A stretch of DNA of 36,281 nt from Gaiellaceae bacterium (GTDB taxonomy: Bacteria > Actinomycetota > Thermoleophilia > Gaiellales > Gaiellaceae), in contig JBOGZX010000481.1 in NCBI GenBank assembly GCA_050697615.1, positions 1-36,281 of the forward strand, given 5' to 3'. The translations under genes were made by a program, and so were the position numbers. Of the stretch, positions 1 to 9,528 are shown one piece after another (position 1 is the stretch's first letter; each line of letters begins with the position of its first letter). The notes under the pieces are model-generated. The model saw only the letters and a list, made by a program, of their open reading frames with translations, was not told the origin of the DNA and made no database searches.

Positions 1-624
1 CGCGAGGCGGTCGCGTCGGGAGTCGTCGGAACGCTGCTGATCGTTCGCGCCGCGACCCACGATCCGGCGCCGCCGCCCGAGGCGTACATCGCCACCTCGG
101 GCGGCATCTTCCGTGACCTGCACATCCACGACTTCGACGCGATCCGGTTCGTCACCGGTCGCGAGATCGTCGACGTCTACGCCGACGGCGCCGTGCGGGC
201 GAGCGACTGGTTCGGGCGCCACGACGACGTCGACGCGGCGGCGGCGGTGCTGAGGCTCGCCGACGGCGCGCTCGCGATCGTCTCGGGGACGCGCCACGAT
301 CCGCGCGGGTACGACGTGCGGCTCGAGCTCTTCGGCACCGGCGACAGCATCGTGGTGGGGGTCGACGCTCGCAGCCCGTACCGCTCCGTCGAGCCCGGCG
401 CGCCGGCGCCCGGCCCCGGCTACGCCACCTTCATGGACCGGTTCGCGCCGGCGTACCGGGCGGATCTCGAGGCCTTCGTGGCCGCGGTTCGCTCGGGCGG
501 CCCGAGCACCTGCTCGCTGGCCGACGCGCGGGCCGCGCTGCACGTCGGGCTCGCGGCCGACCGGTCGCGGCGGGAGCGGCGGCCCGTGCGGATCGAGGAG
601 GTGACGCTGACCCAGATTGCTTGA
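1..624 (+). CDS. Gfo/Idh/MocA-family oxidoreductase, inositol 2-dehydrogenase-like; C-terminal part, 5' end cut by the window edge
   Basis: Frame 1 is open from base 1; the ORF track only starts at an internal Met at 193. The translation (REAVASGVVGTLLIVRAATHDPAPPPEAYIATSGGIFRDLHIHDFDAIRF...SLADARAALHVGLAADRS) looks like the C-terminal domain of Gfo/Idh/MocA dehydrogenases. iolD lies downstream. Confidence 0.75.
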   Translation, partial: REAVASGVVGTLLIVRAATHDPAPPPEAYIATSGGIFRDLHIHDFDAIRFVTGREIVDVYADGAVRASDWFGRHDDVDAAAAVLRLADGALAIVSGTRHDPRGYDVRLELFGTGDSIVVGVDARSPYRSVEPGAPAPGPGYATFMDRFAPAYRADLEAFVAAVRSGGPSTCSLADARAALHVGLAADRSRRERRPVRIEEVTLTQIA

Positions 625-687
625 ACTGCTGCTGCGATTGACGGTAGAACAGCACGTGTCCGGGACCGAGTCGGAGGGAGATTGCAG

Positions 688-1725
688 ATGGAAACGGAAT
701 ACGAGGACGGAGTCGAGGCGCCGCAGGTTCTGGCGGTCGATCGCCGCGGCCTTCTGCTGAAGGGCGGTCTGGCAGCCGCCGGCGTGACCATGCTCGGCTC
801 GCCCGCCGCGGCGTTCGCGGCCGGTGCGTCGGCGATGGCGGGCAAGACGACGAAGATCGCCGTCGTGACCCACGGCGACACGGGATCGTTCTGGTCGGTG
901 TTCAAGGCCGGCGTCGACCAGGCGGCGAAGGACATGAAGGGGCGCGGCGTCAAGGTGACCCAGGTCTACGCGAATAACGACGTCGCCAAGCAGGTGGCCG
1001 GGATCAACGCCGCGATCGCGGCCAAGGTGAACGTGATCGCGACCTCGGTGCCCGACGCGAGCGCCCTCAAGGGCTCTCTCAGCCAGGCCGCGAAGAACGG
1101 CATCGAGATCATCACGGTCAACTCGGGCGAGGACGCTTTCGACAACGTCCCCGCGATCCAGAAGACGTACATGGCCCACGTCGGCCAGGACGAGGAGGTC
1201 GCGGGCGAGGGGGCGGGGAAGCAGTTCAACGCCGCCGGCGCGAAGTCGGTGGTGGTCGTCATCCACGAGGCCAGCAACTCGGGCCTCACGGAGCGCGCAG
1301 CGGGCGTCAAGAAGACGTTCAAGGGCAAGACGAGCACGCTGCTGATCCCGAACGCGAAGTCGGACATCCCCGGAACGGTGGCGAAGGTGAAGGCGTACTT
1401 CTCCGCACACAAGGGGACCGACGCGCTGCTCGGGCTCGACCCGGACGTGACGGTGCCGTGCATCTCGGCGGCCCCGAAGGGCGCGAAGATCGGCACGTTC
1501 GACCTGAACGGCGACGTGATCAAGAACCTCGAGTCGGGGAAGATGCTGTTCGCGATCGACCAGCAGCAGTACCTGCAGGGGTACCTGCCGGTCGTCTTCG
1601 CCGTGCTGTTCGTCAACAACCTGAACACGGTCGGCGGCGGCAAGCCGATCCTGACCGGCCCGGGGATCGTCAACCGCGGCAACGCCGCGAAGGTGGCGGC
1701 GCTCGCCAAGAAGGGCACGCGGTAG
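688..1725 (+). CDS. Sugar (probably inositol) ABC transporter substrate-binding protein, CUT2/RbsB-like, with a Tat-like signal
   Basis: ORF 682-1725. The ATG at 688 sits 7 nt after the SD GGAGGGAG (673-680), so I prefer it to the TTG at 682. The N-terminus DRRGLLLKGGLAAAGV...AFAAGA looks like a signal peptide. The body resembles periplasmic sugar-binding proteins (KIAVVTHG...FWSV...GVDQAAKD). Confidence 0.85.
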   Translation: METEYEDGVEAPQVLAVDRRGLLLKGGLAAAGVTMLGSPAAAFAAGASAMAGKTTKIAVVTHGDTGSFWSVFKAGVDQAAKDMKGRGVKVTQVYANNDVAKQVAGINAAIAAKVNVIATSVPDASALKGSLSQAAKNGIEIITVNSGEDAFDNVPAIQKTYMAHVGQDEEVAGEGAGKQFNAAGAKSVVVVIHEASNSGLTERAAGVKKTFKGKTSTLLIPNAKSDIPGTVAKVKAYFSAHKGTDALLGLDPDVTVPCISAAPKGAKIGTFDLNGDVIKNLESGKMLFAIDQQQYLQGYLPVVFAVLFVNNLNTVGGGKPILTGPGIVNRGNAAKVAALAKKGTR

Positions 1726-1738
1726 GGGGAAGCTCGAG

Positions 1739-1766
1739 GGCCGGGCGGGTCTCGACCCGCCCGGCC
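1739..1766 (+). terminator. Intercistronic GC-rich hairpin between the binding-protein and permease genes (attenuator or mRNA-stabiliser candidate)
   Basis: Perfect 11-bp inverted repeat: GGCCGGGCGGG (1739-1749) and CCCGCCCGGCC (1756-1766), with a 6-nt loop. No U-tract follows. It lies 14 nt after the TAG stop and 12 nt before the permease ATG. Confidence 0.4.
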
Positions 1767-1777
1767 GTCCGCGCGCG

Positions 1778-2830
1778 ATGACCGCGACGAGAGCATCAAC
1801 GACCGCCGACGAACGGCTCGTCCGGGTCCACTTCGCGACGCGCCTCGTCGCGCGTCCGGACATCGGCTCGTTCCTCGGAGCGCTCGCGGTCTTCGGCCTC
1901 TTCGCGATCTTCGCCCACCAGGCCGGCTGGGTCGGCTGGAGCGACGCGGCGCAGTGGACAGACCAGTCGGCGCAGTACGGAATCGTCGCCGTGCCGGTCG
2001 CGCTGCTCATGATCGGCGGTGAGTTCGACCTCTCCGCCGGGGTCATGGTCGGCAGCTCGGGGCTCCTGCTCGGGCTGCTCGGCACCCGGGCGCACATCGA
2101 GATCTGGCCGTCGATCCTGCTGGTGCTCCTGTTCGGTGCGGCGGTGGGCCTGATCAACGGCGTCACGGTGGTCAAGACGAAACTGCCGAGCTTCATCGTC
2201 ACCCTCGGGACGTTCTTCATCCTGCAGGGCGTCAACGCCGCGGGCACGCTCAAGATCACGGGCACCGTCTCGATCGAGAACATCGACTCGACGCCCGGTT
2301 TCAACTCCGCGTACCGCTGGTTCTCGTCGACGATCTGGTCGCCGTACGACTTCAAGGTGAAGGTGATCTGGTGGATCGGGATCACCGCCCTCGGCGCCTG
2401 GGTGCTCGCGCGCACCCGGTTCGGCAACTGGATCTACAGCGTCGGCGGCGACCCGGTGGCCGCGCGCAACGTCGGCGTGCCGGTCGCGCGCACGAAGATC
2501 GCGCTGTTCGTGATCACGTCGATGACCGCGGCCCTGCTCGGCGTGATCGAGGCGCTCGAGCTCCGCTCGACGCAGGCGAACGAGGGCGTCGGGCGGGAGT
2601 TCATCTTCATCATCGCCGCCGTCGTCGGCGGCTGCCTGCTGACCGGCGGCTACGGGTCGGTCGTCGGCACGAGCTTCGGCGCCGCGATCCTCGGCATGGC
2701 GAGCATCGGCATCATCCTCGCCGGCTGGGACTCGAACTGGACCTACGCGTTCCTCGGCTCGATCCTGGTGCTCGCCGTCCTGATGAACGCCGCGCTCCGG
2801 TCTCGCGCGACGAGGTCGAGGTCGCGATGA
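1778..2830 (+). CDS. Sugar ABC transporter permease (RbsC/FrcC-like, CUT2 family)
   Basis: ORF 1778-2830 encodes a polytopic hydrophobic protein with the typical branched-chain/sugar permease layout. Its stop overlaps the next start (ATGA at 2827-2830). Confidence 0.9.
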   Translation: MTATRASTTADERLVRVHFATRLVARPDIGSFLGALAVFGLFAIFAHQAGWVGWSDAAQWTDQSAQYGIVAVPVALLMIGGEFDLSAGVMVGSSGLLLGLLGTRAHIEIWPSILLVLLFGAAVGLINGVTVVKTKLPSFIVTLGTFFILQGVNAAGTLKITGTVSIENIDSTPGFNSAYRWFSSTIWSPYDFKVKVIWWIGITALGAWVLARTRFGNWIYSVGGDPVAARNVGVPVARTKIALFVITSMTAALLGVIEALELRSTQANEGVGREFIFIIAAVVGGCLLTGGYGSVVGTSFGAAILGMASIGIILAGWDSNWTYAFLGSILVLAVLMNAALRSRATRSRSR

Positions 2831-3624
2831 GCACGCCGCACCTGCTCGAGGTGGAGCGGATCGCAAAGGCGTACGGCAACGTGCTCGCGCTCAGCGACAT
2901 CTCCGCGTGGGTGGACGGCGGCGAGGTCCTGTGCGTCCTCGGCGACAACGGCGCCGGCAAGTCGAGCCTGATCAAGATCCTGTCGGGTGCGCACCGGCCG
3001 GACGGCGGGCGGCTGCTCGTCGAGGGCAAGGAGGTGCAGTTCCACTCGCCGCGCGACGCCCGCGGCTACGGGATCGCGACCGTCTACCAGGACCTCGCGA
3101 TGGTGTCGCTGATGTCGATCTGGCGGAACTTCTTCCTCGGCGCCGAGCCGACCAAGGGCTTCGGGCCGCTGCGGCGCTTCGACGTCGAGCTGGCGAAGGA
3201 CGCCGTGCGCAAGCACATGAGCGAGATGGGCATCGACGTGCGCGACCCGGGCCAGCCGGTCGGCACGCTCTCCGGCGGCGAGCGCCAGTCGGTGGCGATC
3301 GCGCGCGCCGTCTACTTCGGAGCGCGGGTGCTGATCCTCGACGAGCCGACCTCCGCGCTCGGCGTGAAGCAGGCGGGCGTCGTGCTCAAGTACGTGCTGC
3401 AGGCGCGCGAGCGCGGGGTCGCCGTGATCTTCATCACGCACAACCCGCACCACGCCTACCCGGTCGGCGACCGCTTCGCCATCCTCAACCGCGGCCGGAT
3501 GGTGGGGACGTACGGCAAGCAGGAGATCGACCAGCAGGAGCTCGTGCGGCTGATGGCCGGGGGCCGGGAGCTGGCGGAGCTGGAGCACGAGCTGCAGCTG
3601 ATCAGGGCGGAGGTCGCCGGGTGA
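2827..3624 (+). CDS. Sugar ABC transporter ATP-binding protein (single nucleotide-binding domain)
   Basis: Internal ATG at 2827 within ORF 2371-3624. Walker [10 protein letters not shown], signature LSGGERQ and Walker [11 protein letters not shown] are present. The upstream part of the ORF is an out-of-frame read-through of the permease. Confidence 0.9.
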   Translation: MSTPHLLEVERIAKAYGNVLALSDISAWVDGGEVLCVLGDNGAGKSSLIKILSGAHRPDGGRLLVEGKEVQFHSPRDARGYGIATVYQDLAMVSLMSIWRNFFLGAEPTKGFGPLRRFDVELAKDAVRKHMSEMGIDVRDPGQPVGTLSGGERQSVAIARAVYFGARVLILDEPTSALGVKQAGVVLKYVLQARERGVAVIFITHNPHHAYPVGDRFAILNRGRMVGTYGKQEIDQQELVRLMAGGRELAELEHELQLIRAEVAG

Positions 3625-5504
3625 CGGCCACGACGAGGCTGACGGCGGCGCAGGCGCTCGTCCGGTTCCTCGCCGCGCAGCACGTCGAGCGCGACGGTGT
3701 GGAACAGCCCTACTTCGGCGGCTGCTTCGGGATCTTCGGGCACGGCAACGTCGCCGGCGTCGGCGAGGCGCTCTACGAGTACCCCGAGCTCCTCCCCTAC
3801 CACCAGGCGCGCAGCGAGCAGGGGATGGTGCACATCGCCTGCGGCTACGCGCGCATGCGCAACCGGTTGGGCGCGCTCGTCTGCACGACGTCGATCGGCC
3901 CGGGCGCGACGAACCTCGTTACGGGCGCGGCACTCGCGACGATCAACCGGCTCCCGGTGCTGCTCGTGCCCGGTGACGTCTTCGCCTCGCGCCGTCCCGA
4001 CCCGGTACTGCAGCAGCTCGAGGTGCCGTGGGCCGGCGACCTGTCGGTGAACGAGGCGCTTCGTCCGGTGTCGCGGTACTTCGACCGGATCTGGCGGCCG
4101 GAGCAGGTGATGCCGGCGGCGCTGGCGGCGATGCGCGTGCTCGTGAACCAGGCGGAGACGGGGGCTGTGACGCTCGCCTTCCCGCAGGACGTGCAGGCGG
4201 AGGCGTTCGACGTGCCGGAGTCATTCCTGCGCAGACGCGTCTGGCACGTCCCGCGGCCGCTGCCGGACGCCGCGTCGCTCGCCGAGGCGGTCGCGCTGAT
4301 CCGCTCGGCGCGGCGGCCGCTGATCGTCGCCGGCGGCGGAGTCGTCTACGCCGAGGCGACCGGGGCGCTGCGGGCGTTTTGCGAGCAGACGGGGGTTCCG
4401 GTCGGAGAGACGCAGGCCGGCAAGGGCTCGCTTCGCTACGACCATCCCTCGGCGCTGGGCGCGATCGGGGTGACGGGGACCTTCGCCGCGAACCGCGCGG
4501 CTGCCCGGGCCGACGTCGTGATCGGCGTCGGGACGCGCTGGTCCGACTTCACGACGGCCTCGAAGACCGCGTTCGCAGGTCCGGGCGTTCGCTTCGTGAA
4601 CGTGAACGTCGCTGACTTCGACGCCGTCAAGCACGCCGGTCTCGCGCTCATTGGCGACGCACGCGTGACACTCGAGCGGCTCGGCGAGCTGCTCGAAGGC
4701 TGGCGGGTCGACGACGCGTACCGTGACGAGATGCGCCGGCTCGGCGGCGAGTGGGATGCCGAGGTCGCGCGCCTCTACACCCTCGGGCACGAGCCGCTGC
4801 CGGCGCAGAGCGAGGTGATCGGCGCGGTCAACGACGCGTCTCGGCCCGAGGACGTCGTCGTGTGCGCGGCCGGCTCGATGCCGGGCGATCTGCACAAGCT
4901 CTGGCGGACGCGCGACCCGAAGGGCTACCACGTCGAGTACGGCTACTCGTGCATGGGGTACGAGATCGCGGGCGGCCTCGGGGTCAAGCTCGCGGCGCCG
5001 GATCGCGACGTCTACGTGCTCGTCGGCGACGGGTCGTACCTGATGCTCTCGAGCGAGCTCGTCACGGCGGTCGAGCAGGGCGTGAAGCTCACGATCGTGC
5101 TCGTCGACAACCGCGGCTACAACTCGATCGGCAGCCTCTCGCGCTCGCTCGGGCTCGACGGCTTCGGCACGCTGTACCGGTCGCGGGTCGGCGACGCCCC
5201 GGTCGCGAACGACACCACCGCGTCGACCGACTACCTGCCCGTCGACCTGGGGGCGAACGCCGCCTCGCTCGGCGCGACGGTGCTCAGCGCCGCGACGATC
5301 GAGGATCTGCGCGGTGCGCTCGAGGCGGCGAAGGAGGAGGCGGGGCCGGTCGTGATCGCGGTCGAGGTCGATCGCTACGAGGGCGTGCCGGGGTACGAGA
5401 GCTGGTGGGACGTGCCGGTCGCCGAGGTCTCGGGTCTGGAGCCGGTGCGCGCGGCTCGGGCGGAGTACGAGAGCGGGCGGTCGCAGGAGCGAAGCCATCT
5501 CTGA
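3621..5504 (+). CDS. iolD: 3D-(3,5/4)-trihydroxycyclohexane-1,2-dione acylhydrolase (ThDP-dependent), IolD
   Basis: The GTG at 3621 overlaps the ATPase stop (GTGA). The translation [21 protein letters not shown]...[16 protein letters not shown]...[13 protein letters not shown]...PDPVLQQLE...[14 protein letters not shown]...GDGSYLM...[10 protein letters not shown] tracks Bacillus subtilis IolD along its whole length. Confidence 0.9.
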   Translation: MTATTRLTAAQALVRFLAAQHVERDGVEQPYFGGCFGIFGHGNVAGVGEALYEYPELLPYHQARSEQGMVHIACGYARMRNRLGALVCTTSIGPGATNLVTGAALATINRLPVLLVPGDVFASRRPDPVLQQLEVPWAGDLSVNEALRPVSRYFDRIWRPEQVMPAALAAMRVLVNQAETGAVTLAFPQDVQAEAFDVPESFLRRRVWHVPRPLPDAASLAEAVALIRSARRPLIVAGGGVVYAEATGALRAFCEQTGVPVGETQAGKGSLRYDHPSALGAIGVTGTFAANRAAARADVVIGVGTRWSDFTTASKTAFAGPGVRFVNVNVADFDAVKHAGLALIGDARVTLERLGELLEGWRVDDAYRDEMRRLGGEWDAEVARLYTLGHEPLPAQSEVIGAVNDASRPEDVVVCAAGSMPGDLHKLWRTRDPKGYHVEYGYSCMGYEIAGGLGVKLAAPDRDVYVLVGDGSYLMLSSELVTAVEQGVKLTIVLVDNRGYNSIGSLSRSLGLDGFGTLYRSRVGDAPVANDTTASTDYLPVDLGANAASLGATVLSAATIEDLRGALEAAKEEAGPVVIAVEVDRYEGVPGYESWWDVPVAEVSGLEPVRAARAEYESGRSQERSHL

Positions 5505-5507
5505 CGT

Positions 5508-6644
5508 GTGCATCGGCTGACGAAAGCTCAGGCCCGGCGCGTCGCGGTGCGCGCGCAACTGCTCGACGCACCGCGGCCGAGCGACTTGCTCGCGGTCGTG
5601 CGGCGGCTGACCCTGCTGCAGATCGATCCCACCGCTGCGATCGCGCCCAGCGCCGATCTCGTCGCGTGGAGTCGCCTCGGTTCGTCGTATCGACCCGGCC
5701 GGCTGAGGGATGCTCTGGAGCGGGACCGCACGCTGTTCGAGCACAACGCCCTCGTGCGTCCGATCGACGATCTCGGACTCCATCTCGCCAGTGCGCGGAC
5801 GGCGCGCAGTCACGAGGGCACGCGTGCCTGGATCCGCGACAACGAACGCTTCCGGCGCGACATCCTGAACCTGCTCCGGCGCTCCGGCCCGCTGAGCTCG
5901 CGCGACATCCCGGACACGTGCGTGGTGCCGTGGGCCTCGACCGGCTGGACGAACAAGCGCAACGTCTCCCAGATGCTGGAGTTCCTGATGATGCACGGTG
6001 AGGTCGCCGTCGCGGCGCGGATCGGGCGGGAACGTCTGTGGGACCTCGCCGAGCGTGTCTATCCGGCAGACGTCGCCGTCCCTTCGGTCGAGGACGCCGA
6101 GCGGACGAAGAACGAGCGGCGGCTCGCCTCCCTCGGCATCGCTCGTCGCAAGAGCACCACGATGCCGCTCGAGCCGGTCGACGTCGGCGACGCCGGCGAG
6201 CCGGCGGTGGTCGAGGGTACGACCGGCGAATGGCGGGTCGACCCTGCCGCGCTCGGCGAGGGCTTCGAGGGCCGTACTGCCCTGCTGTCGCCGTTCGACC
6301 GGCTCGTCTACGATCGTGTCCGCGCGCTCGAGCTGTTCGACTTCGAGTACACCCTCGAGATGTACAAGCCTCCGGCTGCCCGCCGCTGGGGCTACTACGC
6401 CCTGCCGATCCTCCACGGCGACCGGCTGGTCGGGAAGGTCGACGCCGCCGCCGACCGCAAGGCGTCGGTACTGCGGGTGCACGCGATCCACGAGGATGTG
6501 AGGTTCACTCGCGCCATCAGCACGGCCGTGGACGCCGAGTTGGACGATCTCGCCGCGTGGCTCGGGATGGCCGCGGTCGAGCCGCCTACGCGTCCGGCGC
6601 GCCGGAAGCGGGGTTCCGCAGTCTCTGACGCCGGAGGCGTCTGA
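5508..6644 (+). CDS. YcaQ/AlkZ-family (DUF1006, winged-helix) DNA glycosylase, YcaQ-like subtype
   Basis: GTG start 3 nt after the iolD stop. LTLLQIDPTAAIAPSADLVAWSRLG and LLSPFDRLVYDRVRALELFDFEYTLEMYKPPAARRWGYYALPILHGDRLVGKVDA match the E. coli YcaQ blocks (LLQIDT..., [29 protein letters not shown]...YGYFVLPLLH). Confidence 0.85.
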   Translation: MHRLTKAQARRVAVRAQLLDAPRPSDLLAVVRRLTLLQIDPTAAIAPSADLVAWSRLGSSYRPGRLRDALERDRTLFEHNALVRPIDDLGLHLASARTARSHEGTRAWIRDNERFRRDILNLLRRSGPLSSRDIPDTCVVPWASTGWTNKRNVSQMLEFLMMHGEVAVAARIGRERLWDLAERVYPADVAVPSVEDAERTKNERRLASLGIARRKSTTMPLEPVDVGDAGEPAVVEGTTGEWRVDPAALGEGFEGRTALLSPFDRLVYDRVRALELFDFEYTLEMYKPPAARRWGYYALPILHGDRLVGKVDAAADRKASVLRVHAIHEDVRFTRAISTAVDAELDDLAAWLGMAAVEPPTRPARRKRGSAVSDAGGV

Positions 6645-6655
6645 CACCTGGTTCG

Positions 6656-6686
6656 CTTGCACTCGACGTCTCTTGCACTCGACGTC
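6656..6686. repeat. Tandem direct duplication of CTTGCACTCGACGTC (period 16 bp)
   Basis: The 15-mer is identical at 6656-6670 and 6672-6686, separated by a single T. Each copy contains the palindrome GACGTC and a TTGCAC hexamer. It starts 12 nt after the glycosylase stop. Confidence 0.85.
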
Positions 6687-7029
6687 GCACAGCTACGCCG
6701 GAATTTCTCCGAACGCCGGACAGGGGGGAGCGGTCGATGGTGGATGAGCGGACGGCGGCGCAGGAGGCTCGCTGACGCGCGGCCGCCCGCGGACGTATCG
6801 CGGCCCCATCGAAGGCCGTTACAACCACATGAGGACGATCGAGACACTACGAGCGGGGTTTCGCCGGCGTTCGAACGGCTTGCAGATCGCGGTGGGCGAC
6901 TTCGCCCGATGCATGCTGGGGGTGCCCGCCCCTCAGCCCGTTCCCGTGCGCTCGACTCGGCGCGGGCGACCGTACGACCGCGGCTGAATATACGCGCAGC
7001 CCTGCGTGGCGCTCCAACGGACGAATCGA

Positions 7030-7362
7030 ATGATCGAAGATCGCAACTACCGCCTTTCGCATTGCCTCGGGTTCGCCGCCTTCGACCCGGGCGGCCGCAT
7101 CGGCGTCGTCGAGGAGCTCGAATATGGCGCGCGCGAGGATCGTCCGGATTACCTCGTCGTCCGACGCGGTCTTCTCCGACGTCACAGGGTGCGTTTGTCG
7201 GTCGAGCAGATCGTGGAGATCGACGGCGAGCGGCGGCGCGTCGTCGTCCACGGTGCGCCGGTCGGGAGGATTCGCTGGCAGAACGCTCCGGAGGAGATCC
7301 TGAAAGCCGCGGAAGCTCCCTTCGCGCACATTCGAGGTCGACGCGGCGCCGTCGACCGGTGA
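7030..7362 (+). CDS. PRC-barrel domain protein
   Basis: ORF 7006-7362, with possible starts at ATG 7030 or GTG 7006. GFAAFDPGGRIGVVEELEY...RPDYLVVRRG...LSVEQIVEIDGERRRVVV is a PRC-barrel-type pattern. Third-position GC is high in this frame, so I prefer it to the antisense ORF 6847-7329. Confidence 0.6.
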   Translation: MIEDRNYRLSHCLGFAAFDPGGRIGVVEELEYGAREDRPDYLVVRRGLLRRHRVRLSVEQIVEIDGERRRVVVHGAPVGRIRWQNAPEEILKAAEAPFAHIRGRRGAVDR

Positions 7363-7425
7363 CGACAGCCGGTGAGGAAGCGGGCGGCCGGTCGCCGATC
7401 GTGGACTGCGTCGCCGGGAGGGGGG

Positions 7426-9396
7426 TCAGGTTGCCGGGATCGCGTATTCGAGCGTGCGGGCGCCGTCGAGGAGCCAGTCGGTGAGGTCGGAGGCGGCGAG
7501 GGGCGGTGTGAGGTGGTAGCCCTGGGCCTGGTCGCAGCCGAGATCGCGGAGCTGGTTCCAGACGCGCTCGGTTTCGACGCCTTCGGCGACGACGGTGAGC
7601 TCGAGGCTGTGGGCGAGGTCGATCGTCGCGCGCACGATTGCCACGTCGTGGTCGTCGTGCCCCAGGTTGCCGATGAAGGAGCGATCGATCTTGAGCTCGT
7701 CGATCGGGAGGTGGCGCAGATGGGTGAACGACGAGTAGCCGGTGCGGAAGTCGCCGAGTGCAAGGCGCATGCCTTGACGGCACAGCTTGGTCAGGTTGCC
7801 GTGGATCAGGCTGGGATCGGTGATGAGGTAGCTCTCCGTGATCTCCAGTCGTAGTTGTTCGGGTCGGCTTCCGGATGCTTCGAGGAGACGGTCGATCTCG
7901 GCGGGCAGCTCGTTGTCGAGGAGGTTCGCGATCGAGAGGTTGATCGCTACCGGCAGGTCGAGCCCCTGGGTGCGCCAGGCGGCTTGCTGCAGGAGGGCGC
8001 GGCGGATGACGTCGAGTGCGAGTTGTCGGATGAGTCCGGTGCGCTCCGCGGTCGGTATGAACGTGTCGGGTAGGAGCAGGCCGCGCTGCGGGTGCTGCCA
8101 GCGGACGAGTGCTTCGACGCCGCTGATGCTGCCGTCGTCCAGTCGGGCCTTCGGCTGGTAGTGGACGACGAGCTCGTCGTTCTTCAGCGCGCGCTCGAGG
8201 TCGTTGACGAGGCGAAGGCTGCCGCTGGTGCGCGGGTCGCCGGCGGTCGCGTATTCGGCGACGTTGTCGCGGTTCGCTTTCGCCTGGTACATGGCGACGT
8301 CGGCGCGGCGCACGAGCTCCTCCGCGGAGACGGACTGCTCGCGGCGGTCGGAGATCCCGACGCTCGCACGAACTTGCAACGCGAGTCCGGCGACCTCGAA
8401 CGGCACCTGGAGAGCCGCGCGAATGCGCCGGCCGATCTCCGGAGCGCGTTCCACTGCTCGAGCGCCCCTCGCGATGATCGCGAACTCGTCGCCGCCGAGC
8501 CGGGCGAGCGAGTCGCCCTGGCGCACGACGGTGCGCAGTCTGGCGCCGATCTCGACCAGCAGGGCGTCGCCGGCGTCGTGGCCGAGCGTGTCGTTGATCT
8601 CCTTGAAGCCGTCGAGATCGAGCAGCAGCACTGCCACCTCCCGAGCGTCGCCGGCTTCGAGCGCGCGATGCAGCGCGGCGAAGAAGCCCCGCCGATTCAG
8701 GAGGCCCGTCAGGTCGTCGTGCTGCGCTTCGTGCTGGCGTTCGGCAACCTGTTCTTTCAGGATCTCCTGCTCCAGCTCGGAACGCTCCGCCAGGCGGCGC
8801 GCGCGACCCCAGAGGCTCAGCGCGAGCAACATGACGACGGCGACGCTGAAGACGATCAGTCGTATCCCGAGCACTGCGCGGGCTTCGGATGCCGCCCTTC
8901 GCTTGTCGCTCGCCCGGACGGCGCGGTCCGACAGGCGCCCGAGGGCGGCCAGCGCCGGGGCGATGTCGCGCTCGTCGATCGTCGCCGCGAGTTGCGGCTG
9001 GCCGTGCCGGAGCGCGGTCAAGCGGCGGAGTGCCACCCGCCGGTACACAGCGATCTCCGAGGCGAGGGCGCGCGCAGCCGCCGCCGTGGGCGGGTCGGTT
9101 CTTTCGAGGAGGCGAAGGTCGGAGCCGGCGGCCGCGAGCTCGGAAACGAACGGGCGCGGACGCGGCGGCGTCCGGTCAGGCGACTCCCGGTTCGCGTCCG
9201 CCTCTGCGGCAAACAGCTCGCCGCGCACGGTCAGCAGGACGTACTCGGCGCGCCGTGCGCGGTCGGTGCTCGTCCTGAAGTGGCCGATGCCGGCCGACGA
9301 TGCCGTACCCACTGCCGCGAGCAGCAACAACGCCCACAACCGGCGTGACCTCGACCAGCGCAGCAAATCGACCATCGACCGACGACGTATCGACAC
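7426..9396 (-). CDS. Membrane-anchored diguanylate cyclase/phosphodiesterase (GGDEF + EAL)
   Basis: ORF 7426-9396, with a GTG start (alternative ATG at 9375). Two predicted TM segments flank a sensor region of about 150 aa. GGDEF is intact (RLGGDEFAII) and has an RxxD I-site (RQGD) 5 residues upstream. The EAL domain is intact (GVEALVRWQHP...DDFGTGYSS-like GDFRTGYSS, KIDRSF). Confidence 0.9.
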   Translation of the reverse strand: MSIRRRSMVDLLRWSRSRRLWALLLLAAVGTASSAGIGHFRTSTDRARRAEYVLLTVRGELFAAEADANRESPDRTPPRPRPFVSELAAAGSDLRLLERTDPPTAAAARALASEIAVYRRVALRRLTALRHGQPQLAATIDERDIAPALAALGRLSDRAVRASDKRRAASEARAVLGIRLIVFSVAVVMLLALSLWGRARRLAERSELEQEILKEQVAERQHEAQHDDLTGLLNRRGFFAALHRALEAGDAREVAVLLLDLDGFKEINDTLGHDAGDALLVEIGARLRTVVRQGDSLARLGGDEFAIIARGARAVERAPEIGRRIRAALQVPFEVAGLALQVRASVGISDRREQSVSAEELVRRADVAMYQAKANRDNVAEYATAGDPRTSGSLRLVNDLERALKNDELVVHYQPKARLDDGSISGVEALVRWQHPQRGLLLPDTFIPTAERTGLIRQLALDVIRRALLQQAAWRTQGLDLPVAINLSIANLLDNELPAEIDRLLEASGSRPEQLRLEITESYLITDPSLIHGNLTKLCRQGMRLALGDFRTGYSSFTHLRHLPIDELKIDRSFIGNLGHDDHDVAIVRATIDLAHSLELTVVAEGVETERVWNQLRDLGCDQAQGYHLTPPLAASDLTDWLLDGARTLEYAIPAT

Positions 9397-9528
9397 GATC
9401 GCGCCGGTGCTTGAACGCGGAGCCGGGCGGCGGCGTCGGCTCTCGTGCCGCCAATCGCGCCCGAGGCCGCCCGCGCGCCACGCCGATCTACATGAGTCGG
9501 CCGCTGGTCTCGAGCGCGCTCGGGTCGG

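Noticed and set aside
2907-3620. Long N-terminal extensions offered by the ORF track: the iolD ORF from 2907, the MarR ORF up to 14076, the HD-GYP ORF up to 12174, the reductase ORF up to 14891, and the permease ORFs from 30709 and 31470.
   Set aside because: The extensions are out-of-frame read-throughs of the neighbouring genes. The family homology begins at internal starts that show ATGA/GTGA coupling or an SD.
4221-6662. An 813-aa minus-strand ORF, together with many other long Arg/Pro/Ala-rich ORFs antisense to or out of frame with the called genes (for example 1796-2866, 6395-7783, 8092-9628, 15933-17468, 22211-23215).
   Set aside because: These are typical stop-poor shadow frames of a very GC-rich genome. 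Their translations are low-complexity with no recognisable motifs, and each overlaps a gene with clear family signatures in another frame.
6863-6879. GCCGGCGTTCGAACGGC, which resembles a tRNA T-arm (GTTCGAA).
   Set aside because: The loop would be 9 nt rather than 7. I could not fold acceptor, D or anticodon arms around it, so it is not a tRNA.
6847-7329. A 160-aa minus-strand ORF covering the PRC-barrel locus.
   Set aside because: The plus-strand frame has a PRC-barrel-like sequence pattern and high third-position GC. The minus-strand translation has no recognisable features.
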